A stretch of 62,047 nucleotides of DNA, counting the filler. It is 3 parts of 3 records of this genome, joined end to end, with 100 filler letters (N's around TTAATTAATTAA, not from the genome) between each part and the next. Parts side by side here need not be neighbours in the genome. Positions count along the whole stretch, not along the records: positions 1 to 26,555 come from SRR20825006_2264; 2 more parts are not named here. One strand, 5' to 3'. Position numbers and translations under genes: made by a program. Position 1 is the stretch's first letter; each line of letters opens with the position of its first letter. The notes under the pieces were generated by a model. That model was not told the origin of the DNA. It saw nothing but the letters and a program-made list of their open reading frames with translations, and ran no database searches. Of this stretch, positions 17,779 to 25,790 are shown one piece after another.

Positions 17779-18108
17779 TTAGGAAATTTCTTCCACTGAT
17801 GCGTCCGGCGCATTTTTTTTGACGGATGCAATGCCATTTTCCATAGCTGAATCACTGGAATACATTTCGCTATTTCCAATAACTTGTCCGTTGGATGCTT
17901 TTAGGTTAAAGTATGGACTGCCGTCTTTCGCAGTGTTTCTTTCAAAATTCTCATCGTCCTGTGAATGTTTTTTTACAGATTCGATACCATTTTCGCAAGC
18001 AGATTTGGTGGTGTACCCTTGACTGCTTAAAATAACTTGGCCATTTCCAGCTTTTAAATTAAACCTGAACTTTCCGGCTTTATCCGTGTTAATCTCAAAT
18101 TTTCCCAT
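17779..18108 (-). CDS. YegP/DUF1508 family protein
   Basis: Two repeats FNLKAxNGQVI..S..Y......ENGIxSVKK. Confidence 0.9.
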   Translation of the reverse strand: MGKFEINTDKAGKFRFNLKAGNGQVILSSQGYTTKSACENGIESVKKHSQDDENFERNTAKDGSPYFNLKASNGQVIGNSEMYSSDSAMENGIASVKKNAPDASVEEIS

Positions 18109-18208
18109 ATTTTATATATTTTAAGTAATAAATCTAGAGATTTTCTTAAAAAACTACCAATAAATACCTTGAAATTTGATAATAAAATAAAGTTTGGCCA
18201 CATGGTAC

Positions 18209-18238
18209 AAAAAAGGAGGCCATCAGCCTCCTTTTTTT
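18209..18238. terminator. Intrinsic terminator downstream of proA
   Basis: AAAAAAGGAGGC-CATCA-GCCTCCTTTTTTT. Confidence 0.8.
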
Positions 18239-18256
18239 GTTTGATGCAATATATGT

Positions 18257-19456
18257 TTACACCCTTATCTGCCCATCGCCAAATACATAGTATTTGTTGG
18301 TGACCAGTTGTTTTAGTCCGAGTGGCCCTCGGTGGTGCAATTTGTCCGTACTGATTGCGAGTTCCGCACCAACGCCCATTTGCCCACCATCAGTGAAACG
18401 GGTGGATGCGTTTTGGTATACCGCAGCACAGTCCACATTTTCCATGAACGTTTTGGCTACACTATTGTTCTCCGTCATTATGGATGCTGAGTGCCCTCCA
18501 GAGTTCTTGTTGATTTTATCCATGGCTTCGTCAATATTATCGACAGCACCAATAACACACTTCATGGCCAAGAACTCTTCTTGCCAAATGGATTCATCGG
18601 TAATGGCATCCTCATTGGTCAATGTTTTTTTGACTTTATCATCCACGATTATGGATACATTGTTTGCCGTGAGTACTTGTTGTAATTCTTTCAGCTTGTC
18701 TTCATAACCATCAATTTGAGTATCAACCAAAATTTTGTCCAAGGCATTACAGGCCGAAATCTTATGGGTTTTTGCGTTCAAAATCACTTTCAAACTTTTT
18801 TCCCAATCGGCTTCTTTGTGCACATATAGGAAATTGTTCCCTCTACCGCTTATGAGCACCGCGCATTTGGCGTGTTCTTTTACAAAATTGATCAATCGTT
18901 CGCCGCCACGGGGAACAATGAGGTCTAGCTCCTGATCCGGATTCCTAAGGAACTCCTGTGTTTGGGTCCTGTCCATCTCCATAAACTGGATATAATCTTT
19001 GGACAGACCATTTTCGGTCAGGGCTTGATGCCAGAACTTAACCAAGGCTTTGTTGCTGTGGTAAGCTTCCTTACCTCCTTTGAGCAATATTTTATTATTC
19101 GCCTTAAATGCAAGTACGGCTGCCTCAATGGTTACATCGGGGCGGGACTCGTAAATAATCATTATGGTGCCAAAAGGAGCAGTTCTGTTGATGATTTTGA
19201 GTCCGTTGTCCAATTCCCTTGTGGAGATTTCCTTATTGACCGGGTCATCTTGCAAGCGAACTTCTTTCACGGCCTGGATCATTTGGTCCACTTTCTTTTG
19301 GTCCACCACCAAACGATCGTACAATGCTTGATCGTCGCGGTTGAATGCGTCTAAATCTTTTTTGTTTGCTTGGAGCAATTCGTCCCGATTTTCATCAAGG
19401 ATTCGCTCCATATCTTGCAATACTTTATTTTTTAAATCTGTTTTTAATAATTTCAT
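18257..19456 (-). CDS. proA: Gamma-glutamyl phosphate reductase
   Basis: IYESRPDVT, LKGGKEA, IVPRGG, SACNALD, NASTRFTDG, ISTDKLHHRGPLGL. Confidence 0.95.
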   Translation of the reverse strand: MKLLKTDLKNKVLQDMERILDENRDELLQANKKDLDAFNRDDQALYDRLVVDQKKVDQMIQAVKEVRLQDDPVNKEISTRELDNGLKIINRTAPFGTIMIIYESRPDVTIEAAVLAFKANNKILLKGGKEAYHSNKALVKFWHQALTENGLSKDYIQFMEMDRTQTQEFLRNPDQELDLIVPRGGERLINFVKEHAKCAVLISGRGNNFLYVHKEADWEKSLKVILNAKTHKISACNALDKILVDTQIDGYEDKLKELQQVLTANNVSIIVDDKVKKTLTNEDAITDESIWQEEFLAMKCVIGAVDNIDEAMDKINKNSGGHSASIMTENNSVAKTFMENVDCAAVYQNASTRFTDGGQMGVGAELAISTDKLHHRGPLGLKQLVTNKYYVFGDGQIRV

Positions 19457-19461
19457 TGTTG

Positions 19462-20232
19462 TTATTTTGAAACTTCTGTTCCTACATTTTTTCCTTCTAC
19501 AATATCCAGGATTACGTTATCTCGTTTCCCATTGACAATGTAAGATGGAATGTCTGCCGCTGCGGCTTTTTGGGCATAGTTTAATTTTGATCCCATGCCA
19601 CCACGGCCTTCGCCTTCTTGTTTGTTTCCCTCTTCTATATACTTGTCCAAGTCTTCTTTTGGCTCGACCTTGTCGATTACCTTGGAATCGGCTTTTTCTG
19701 GATGTCCATCGTAAAGGCCATCAATATCCGTCATTAGGATAAGTCTGTCTGCCTTCATCAGTTGTGCCAGCAAAGTGGCCAATTCATCATTGTCCGAAAA
19801 CATGGACATGGATACGGAAACGGCATCATCCTCATTGGCAATCGGAATCACGCCTTCGGAAAGGAGTCCTTCCAAGCAATTGATCATGTTGTCGCGGTGC
19901 ACGCCAGGATTAAAATCCCTTTTTGTTGGGAGTACCTGGGCACATTTCATTCCGTAATCGTTGAATATGTTATAATAATGCCTCATCATTCTGGGTTGCC
20001 CAATGGCGGAATATACTTGCCTACGTTGGGTCTTATCTTTGATCTTTGCTTTTCCCAGAACCTCTTTACCGGCGATTACCGACCCAGAGGAGACCAAAAT
20101 GGTCATGATGTCACGTTCGTAAAGCTCTGCAATTTGTTGTACCAAATTGTTGAGCACTGGTCTTACAATTCTGTTGTCTTTGTTGGTCATCACATTTGTA
20201 CCTACTTTGATGACCACTAGTTCTTTATACAT
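19462..20232 (-). CDS. proB: Glutamate 5-kinase (no PUA domain)
   Basis: VIKVGT, VSSG, AIGQ, NEDDAV, FSDNDELA, GRGGMGSKL. Confidence 0.95.
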   Translation of the reverse strand: MYKELVVIKVGTNVMTNKDNRIVRPVLNNLVQQIAELYERDIMTILVSSGSVIAGKEVLGKAKIKDKTQRRQVYSAIGQPRMMRHYYNIFNDYGMKCAQVLPTKRDFNPGVHRDNMINCLEGLLSEGVIPIANEDDAVSVSMSMFSDNDELATLLAQLMKADRLILMTDIDGLYDGHPEKADSKVIDKVEPKEDLDKYIEEGNKQEGEGRGGMGSKLNYAQKAAAADIPSYIVNGKRDNVILDIVEGKNVGTEVSK

Positions 20233-20235
20233 GTT

Positions 20236-21042
20236 TTAGTATTCTTCGCCCAGTTCCACAGCTCTACCGAATGCTGCAAAGGCGGCTTCTTTGATTAATT
20301 CGTTTACATTGTTGTCTTCCATGGAGTCCAAGGCGGCCCTGGTGGTTCCTCCTTTGGAGGCTACCATCTCCATCCAAGTGTCGGGATTTAGGTTGTTCTG
20401 GTTGAACAATTCCACGGCACCTGTAAATGTTTGGCTCACGAGTACTTTGGATACATTTTCGGAGAATCCCATTTGTAGTGCGGCTTCCATCATACTTTGC
20501 ATGAAGTAGAAAACATATGCTGGTCCACTTCCAGAAATTCCGGTAGATGCATCAATATATTTCTCATTTTTCACTCTAAGCGATTTACCCGTTGTATCCA
20601 ACAGCCCTTCGACCATAAAAAGTTCCAATCGGGAAACTTCCTCGGCGGACACGTAGCTGGTCAAACCCTTACCAACTTGAGCTGGCAGATTGGGCATGGC
20701 CCTTACCACTTTTTTGATACCAAGGGCTTCCTGTATATAGTTGATGGTGACCCCTGCCATAATGGATATGAACAATTGTTCTGGGTTTACCAATGGTTTC
20801 ATGCGCCCAAAAAGTTCCTCGGCATGATATGGTTTTACGGCCAAAAAGATGATATCCGCCTGTGGAACACAATCTTCGATTTTGTCAATGGCATCGAAAT
20901 AGGCTATTTTACCTACTTCTTCCAATTTTTCTTTTGATTTGTCCAGCACCATGATGTTGCGTTTTTTCAACAATTTGGATTTAGACATACCTGTGGCATA
21001 GGTAAGCCCCATGTTACCTGCGCCAATAACCAATACTTTCAT
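20236..21042 (-). CDS. proC: Pyrroline-5-carboxylate reductase
   Basis: IGAGNMG, LAVKP, SIMAG, RAMPN, SGSGPAY, VASKGGTT. Confidence 0.95.
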   Translation of the reverse strand: MKVLVIGAGNMGLTYATGMSKSKLLKKRNIMVLDKSKEKLEEVGKIAYFDAIDKIEDCVPQADIIFLAVKPYHAEELFGRMKPLVNPEQLFISIMAGVTINYIQEALGIKKVVRAMPNLPAQVGKGLTSYVSAEEVSRLELFMVEGLLDTTGKSLRVKNEKYIDASTGISGSGPAYVFYFMQSMMEAALQMGFSENVSKVLVSQTFTGAVELFNQNNLNPDTWMEMVASKGGTTRAALDSMEDNNVNELIKEAAFAAFGRAVELGEEY

Positions 21043-21082
21043 TGTTTATGTTAAAAGGTTTATATAAAAAGTTCTAATAATG

Positions 21083-21274
21083 TTATGATAATACGTTGCA
21101 ATCGTTGCAATCTTTGACCTTACCGTAGTATGTTGAACGGTATCTGTGCAAAGTGCGTACGGGAAGTCCCATTATGTACCTTCTTATATAGGTGACACGG
21201 GTAGTAAGTTCTCCCATTTTAACGCTATAGCGTTTTTCATATCTTGTTTCCCTTTTAATTCTTGAAAGTCTCAT
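21083..21274 (-). CDS. Small, very basic hypothetical protein with a C-terminal CxxC
   Basis: 63 aa, ATG with an A-rich upstream region, co-oriented and tightly spaced between rpsU and proC; 16 Arg/Lys; CNDC. Confidence 0.65.
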   Translation of the reverse strand: MRLSRIKRETRYEKRYSVKMGELTTRVTYIRRYIMGLPVRTLHRYRSTYYGKVKDCNDCNVLS

Positions 21275-21308
21275 TTTATTGTTATTGATACTTTAATTTT
21301 TGATGTTA

Positions 21309-21503
21309 TTAGTCTTCCTGTTCGTTCAGGAATTGCTCTTTATATTGTGCCTTTTTAAGTGTTTTTCGGCGTTCTACTGATTTTTTGGTATACTCTTGCC
21401 GGCTGCGTATTTGGTCCAAACGCTTTGTGTTTCTATATTTTCTTTTATAGCGTTTTAGAGCCCTTTCAATACTTTCGCCTGGCTTAACTTCTATTTTTAA
21501 CAT
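21309..21503 (-). CDS. rpsU: 30S ribosomal protein bS21 (probable paralogue)
   Basis: VKPGESIERALKRYKRK...RQEYTKKSVERR pattern, 64 aa. Confidence 0.9.
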   Translation of the reverse strand: MLKIEVKPGESIERALKRYKRKYRNTKRLDQIRSRQEYTKKSVERRKTLKKAQYKEQFLNEQED

Positions 21504-21511
21504 ATAATGGT

Positions 21512-21955
21512 TTATCTGTTCAATCTCATTTCTAAATGGGTTGCGCTGAACCCTTTATCTTCAAAAAATTTTTTATTCGGATATTGGTTTTCACCTGTAA
21601 TGTGAACGGCAACGTCTCCTTTACAATATTGCAGGGTGTAGTCCAATAGTTTTTGCTCTATATCGTTGTTTCTATAATCTCTGTGAATCACAAAGAATAC
21701 CAAGAAATTTTCGGGTATATAATCTCCCATGCCTGTTTTGTTTACAACTGCCAAACCTAAAATTTCATTTTTGTCCTCCATGGCGAACACATATCCGCCA
21801 AGTCCGGGAATATCTTTGGTAGAATATTGTATAGCCTTTCTAATTGCTTTTTTTGTAGCTCTCTTGCCCTCTTGGTGGTCAAAGAGAAAATTGGCAAACC
21901 GGTCGGCTTCCATGGTAGAAAGCCTTGTATAGGCATCGTAGGTCTTAATTACCAT
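21512..21955 (-). CDS. GNAT-fold protein with a degenerate acetyl-CoA-binding loop
   Basis: GNAT-like order GGYVF...TGMGDYIPEN...HRDYR...FFEDKGF...EMRL; YRNNDIE where RxxGxG is expected. Confidence 0.7.
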   Translation of the reverse strand: MVIKTYDAYTRLSTMEADRFANFLFDHQEGKRATKKAIRKAIQYSTKDIPGLGGYVFAMEDKNEILGLAVVNKTGMGDYIPENFLVFFVIHRDYRNNDIEQKLLDYTLQYCKGDVAVHITGENQYPNKKFFEDKGFSATHLEMRLNR

Positions 21956-22099
21956 GCTTTTGTTTTGAACGATAATGGATTAATTTTTAAGTTTTTAGTT
22001 TAGTTAAAGCTTCGATTAGGGCTAAATGGAAAAGGATGGACGAAATGTCCTTAAGTTCCCATAGTAATAGGGTCTACTTCCCGAATAAGGGGAAGGTAA

Positions 22100-22201
22100 T
22101 TAAAGGGTAGGCGGAATGAACTTATCTGACTGGTTTCTGAATACCAGATAATTAAAACTTAGGATTCTACAGTTTTTTCTCTCGTGGAGCTTAACGTTCA
22201 T
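22100..22201 (-). CDS. Putative 33-aa leader peptide MNVKLHERKNCRILSFNYLVFRNQSDKFIPPTL (below ORF-track cutoff)
   Basis: Hand translation: ATG at 22201, TAA at 22102-22100. The ATG is 5 nt after a TACCTTTG element. Confidence 0.4.
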   Translation of the reverse strand: MNVKLHERKNCRILSFNYLVFRNQSDKFIPPTL

Positions 22202-22206
22202 CGAGA

Positions 22207-22238
22207 CAAAGGTAAGAAAATAAGGCCTTAAATCCCAA
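22207..22238 (-). promoter_or_regulatory. Bacteroidota promoter TTG-N21-TACCTTTG for the GNAT-rpsU-proCBA unit
   Basis: Plus strand CAAAGGTA at 22207-22214 and CAA at 22236-22238. Confidence 0.6.
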
Positions 22239-22266
22239 TAATACAAGGGGTTTATGCTTTTTATAA

Positions 22267-22287
22267 CGTAATAGGTGCCCTATTACG
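22267..22287. promoter_or_regulatory. Perfect inverted repeat CGTAATAGG-TGC-CCTATTACG, candidate operator or hairpin
   Basis: 9-bp arms with a 3-nt spacer, about 30 nt upstream of the -33 element. Confidence 0.45.
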
Positions 22288-22372
22288 ATTTGTCGAAAAC
22301 GTTATAGTGCCATTTGCTTTTTTAATGGGCCATACGGCCTAGGGTAATAGGGGAGCGAGCGCTATGGTGCAA

Positions 22373-23398
22373 TCAGGCTGGAACAAGGCGGGAATTTTGC
22401 TTGTCCTTATATTCCTTTGGACTACAATTGTATCTTGCTTTGAAAATTTTTGAAAAATAACTTCTGCTTATGAATCCGATGCTATAGACCACCTGTGAAA
22501 TATTTAAATCAGTGGTCTTTATCAATTCTTCCGCTTTACATATTCTTACATTTCGGATGTAATCGGTCACTGTGGTGCCGTGCATCAATTTGAAGCCTTC
22601 TTGCAATTTTGAAGGAGATAGCCCGCTTTTTTTGCATAAATAGGATATGGGCAGTTTTCTCTCTATATAGTTGCTGATGAATTCCGAAAGCTCTTGTACC
22701 ACCCCTCTTTCCCTAGAAGTCAGCATTGAGTCACGAAGAACAGCATTCTTTAAGTCGTCGGAATGTTGTTGTATTTCCAATGCCAATATCATGTGTACCA
22801 ATCCCTCGATCATTATTTTTCGGGCAATGCCATCTATGGAAATACTTTTAAGCTGTTGTATTTTATCCGCTACCTTTAAATTATGGGAACCTACATAAAC
22901 AAAATTGTCGTTCTCCATGTTATCGAAGAACAGTTTCTGTAGTTTTTGGTTGAGGTTTTTTTCTGCTCTATTGTTCTTCGAAGGATTTACGATGATCAGC
23001 ATCATTTTTAAGTTGGTGGATTCGTCAAAGTACAATAGGTTGTCCTGTGAGGAGTTGCTGGCCAACATTCCAGTTTGAAAACTTTCCAGTTCGGTTTTTT
23101 TGCCATTTTTCCCAAAGCTTTGCGCTATCTGCCCTTGGGAACAATATGCAAAGCAAATGGAGGTGTACTCTGGCGAATTGACGACCATGGTTAAATCTTT
23201 GGTAAATTTAATATCGAACTCCATATAACACATACCATCATTAAACGAGATTCCTTTGATATAGCCGTCTCCAAAGTCATTGTTGATGTCAAGAGTATGT
23301 TCGTTGTTCGAATCGACCTTTAGGTCGCCCCCAATATCATTTTGAAACTGTTCAAACATATTTCTAAAGTATGTGGTCTGTGGCGCTTTTGTTTTCAT
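22373..23398 (-). CDS. AraC-family transcriptional regulator
   Basis: C-terminal double HTH GLSPSKLQEGFK...YIRNVRI..AEELI...ISQVVYSIGF.SRSYFSKIFK..Y..SP. Confidence 0.92.
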   Translation of the reverse strand: MKTKAPQTTYFRNMFEQFQNDIGGDLKVDSNNEHTLDINNDFGDGYIKGISFNDGMCYMEFDIKFTKDLTMVVNSPEYTSICFAYCSQGQIAQSFGKNGKKTELESFQTGMLASNSSQDNLLYFDESTNLKMMLIIVNPSKNNRAEKNLNQKLQKLFFDNMENDNFVYVGSHNLKVADKIQQLKSISIDGIARKIMIEGLVHMILALEIQQHSDDLKNAVLRDSMLTSRERGVVQELSEFISNYIERKLPISYLCKKSGLSPSKLQEGFKLMHGTTVTDYIRNVRICKAEELIKTTDLNISQVVYSIGFISRSYFSKIFKARYNCSPKEYKDKQNSRLVPA

Positions 23399-23888
23399 GG
23401 TTCTGTTGTTTTAAAGACGTTTTGTGTTAGGGCCAAACGTAAAAGGGTAATGTAATGATGATATTACGGTTTACGTTACATAACTTGTGGATTCTGTTAC
23501 ATAATTATCGTCAACAGAAGAGATTTTAGTCTTTTTTTAAAAAAAGTGGAAAGAGTGTCCATAATATTATATCCCATTCTTCCTGTGCATTTTCACGATT
23601 TTTTAGAACTGATCGGGGGTCAGTCCAGTTGTTTTTTTTGAACTGGTTGGATAAATGGCAACGCTAAAATAGTTCAAGTGATCGGCCAAATAGGAAGAAA
23701 CATTGTACAAGCGCATCAGGTCGTTCGTCAACATTTCTTCAATGGTGTTTTTTGGCCGTCTTTATCAAACAACGTCCAAATTTTCCTTTTTGCGTCAAAA
23801 ATTTTGTGGAATATGTCAAACACATAATCGGAAAGAGCTATTTTGAACTAGCTATGCACCTGTAAATCAAATAATAAACATGTAAAAA

Positions 23889-24080
23889 ATGGAAAACGAA
23901 AAGCAACCAGAGGAAAAAACAGAACTTGTAAAAGAGCTAGACAATCCAAAACGCAACTATATTTTTAAGAAAAATGGCGCCACCAAAACGGGTTTTATAG
24001 TCGTATTGGTCGTTTTGATCATTGTTGCCGTTGGGGTACTGCTCTCAGGTTTGATATTTGAAACCTCCGTGAGCTTTTAG
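23889..24080 (+). CDS. Small single-pass membrane protein
   Basis: ATG with an A-rich upstream region; charged N-half and a ~22-aa hydrophobic C-terminal helix. Confidence 0.6.
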   Translation: MENEKQPEEKTELVKELDNPKRNYIFKKNGATKTGFIVVLVVLIIVAVGVLLSGLIFETSVSF

Positions 24081-24301
24081 GTACAAGTTTGTGTGGAGTA
24101 TTTCAATGCAACCTGCTGCGCCGAAAAAGTAGGTTGTTTATAGCGTTAATGATTGTGTTTTCTACGTTGATCTATAATGTTTTAAAAAAGTAGTTTACCA
24201 AGGTTGCTGCTTGAAATTCAAAATATTGACTGTAAACACAAAATAGTATCACAGAACTTTTTACATACGATTCGCAAGAAGTAATCGCCTTTACCCTAAA
24301 G

Positions 24302-24700
24302 TTGGGCCTGGCCATACTTGCTGGTCTGTTCATTGGGTTGGAGCGCGAGTACAAGGGTAAAAATGCCGGGCTTAAGACCAATACTTTGGTTGCAGTGGGA
24401 GCTTGTGCATATGTCCTTGTTTCTTTACGGTTCTATGGTGAAGAATATGCAGATATTACAAGGGTGTTAAGCCAAGTGGTCACAGGCATGGGGTTTCTAG
24501 GTGCCGGAGTAATCATGCAAAAAAAGCAAGAAGACAAAATCAAGGGGCTTACTACTGCAGCTACACTATGGTGCAGTGGGGGAGCTGGGTGTCTAGCGGC
24601 CACATCCATGTTTGTGGAACTGGGCATACTCACCATTTTGGTAGTGATCATCAATATTGTGTTTGGTTATATAGACGATAAAATAGAAGGAAAAAAATAA
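24302..24700 (+). CDS. MgtC/SapB family membrane protein (frame extends upstream to about 24248 without an ATG)
   Basis: IGLERE...AGLKT..LV..GA, RVLSQVVTGMGFLGAG, GLTTAATLW. Confidence 0.85.
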   Translation: MGLAILAGLFIGLEREYKGKNAGLKTNTLVAVGACAYVLVSLRFYGEEYADITRVLSQVVTGMGFLGAGVIMQKKQEDKIKGLTTAATLWCSGGAGCLAATSMFVELGILTILVVIINIVFGYIDDKIEGKK

Positions 24701-24728
24701 GCTCAAAAAAAATAAAGCAGACATCAAA

Positions 24729-24884
24729 AAGCACATTGTAAAGATCAAATCCATAAGATTCACCAATCATAACGTTTTAAGAATTGTTGTGGAAAAGCCC
24801 GACAATTATAATTTTGAGCCCGGTCAGGCCACTGAGGTTTCCATCAACCAAGAAAAAAGGAGAGACGAAAAGAGACCCTTTACA
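24729..24884 (+). pseudogene. N-terminal remnant of a flavodoxin/ferredoxin-NADP reductase
   Basis: Hand translation KHIVKIKSIRFTNHNVLRIVVEKPDNYNFEPGQATEVSINQEKRRDEKRPFT (FxPGQ and RPFT FAD-binding motifs). No ATG; stop at 24909-24911. Confidence 0.7.
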
Positions 24885-24896
24885 TTAAAAATAATA

Positions 24897-24920
24897 GGCG
24901 ACCACTTTTAAGCGGTCGCC
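24897..24920. terminator. Hairpin, probable terminator for the PfpI gene
   Basis: GGCGACC-N10-GGTCGCC, followed on the minus strand by TATTATTTT. Confidence 0.55.
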
Positions 24921-24971
24921 CATATTAATTGGTACATGCTTTACAATTCTTATTCTTAGGAAAACAAGATA

Positions 24972-25529
24972 TTAGGCATGTTGTTCTTCATGTTTCCCTT
25001 CCAAAACCTCTTCCACGATTTTATTGCAGAAAGCAGGTAGGTCTCCAGGGTTTCGGCTTGTTACCAAGCCACTGTCCACTACCACTTCATTATCTTCCCA
25101 AAGCCCACCGGCATTGATCACATCCTTTTTAATGCTCTTATAGGAAGTTACTTTTCGTCCATCGATCACCTCTGCTTCTATCAAAAGCCAAGGAGCATGG
25201 CAAATGGCCGCTACCGGTTTGCTTCTTTCGAAAAAACCTTTAACAAAGTTAACGGCAACCGTATGGGTCCGCAATGTGTCCGGGTTCATCACTCCACCGG
25301 GCAAGACCAGGGCATCGTAATCAAGTATGTGGGCCGAATCCACAGTTTTGTCGACTTTGATGCTTTTTCCCCAATCGGTTTTGTTCCAAGATTTTATCTC
25401 ACCTTCTTTAGTGGAAACAATGTCCACGGTGGCTCCTTCTGATTTTAATTTTTCCAAAGGCTCAAACAGTTCCGATTGTTCAAAACCATCCGTGGCCAAA
25501 ATCGCAATTCTTTTTTCTTTCAATTTCAT
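24972..25529 (-). CDS. PfpI/DJ-1 family type 1 glutamine amidotransferase-like protein
   Basis: DGFEQSEL, DALVLPGG, AICHAP, TSRNPGDL. Confidence 0.92.
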   Translation of the reverse strand: MKLKEKRIAILATDGFEQSELFEPLEKLKSEGATVDIVSTKEGEIKSWNKTDWGKSIKVDKTVDSAHILDYDALVLPGGVMNPDTLRTHTVAVNFVKGFFERSKPVAAICHAPWLLIEAEVIDGRKVTSYKSIKKDVINAGGLWEDNEVVVDSGLVTSRNPGDLPAFCNKIVEEVLEGKHEEQHA

Positions 25530-25790
25530 GATATCTAATTTTTTAAGGTTAAAACTTATGTTCGCTCAAAAAGATAAGCCTACATAATTCCTTAGATTGA
25601 CGCAAAAGGAAATAACTTGAATGGTATCGGGTTGTGTTGAAATTCCATCAACCGTTGTCACATTTCTGATTGTCCGCGATGGATTGCTTTGTTTGAACCA
25701 ATTTTTTTATGGATACCATCAATCAATAGCATACAAAATGGATATCATATAGGTATTGAAGTGTATTTCAACAAACATAAATTCCCGAAT

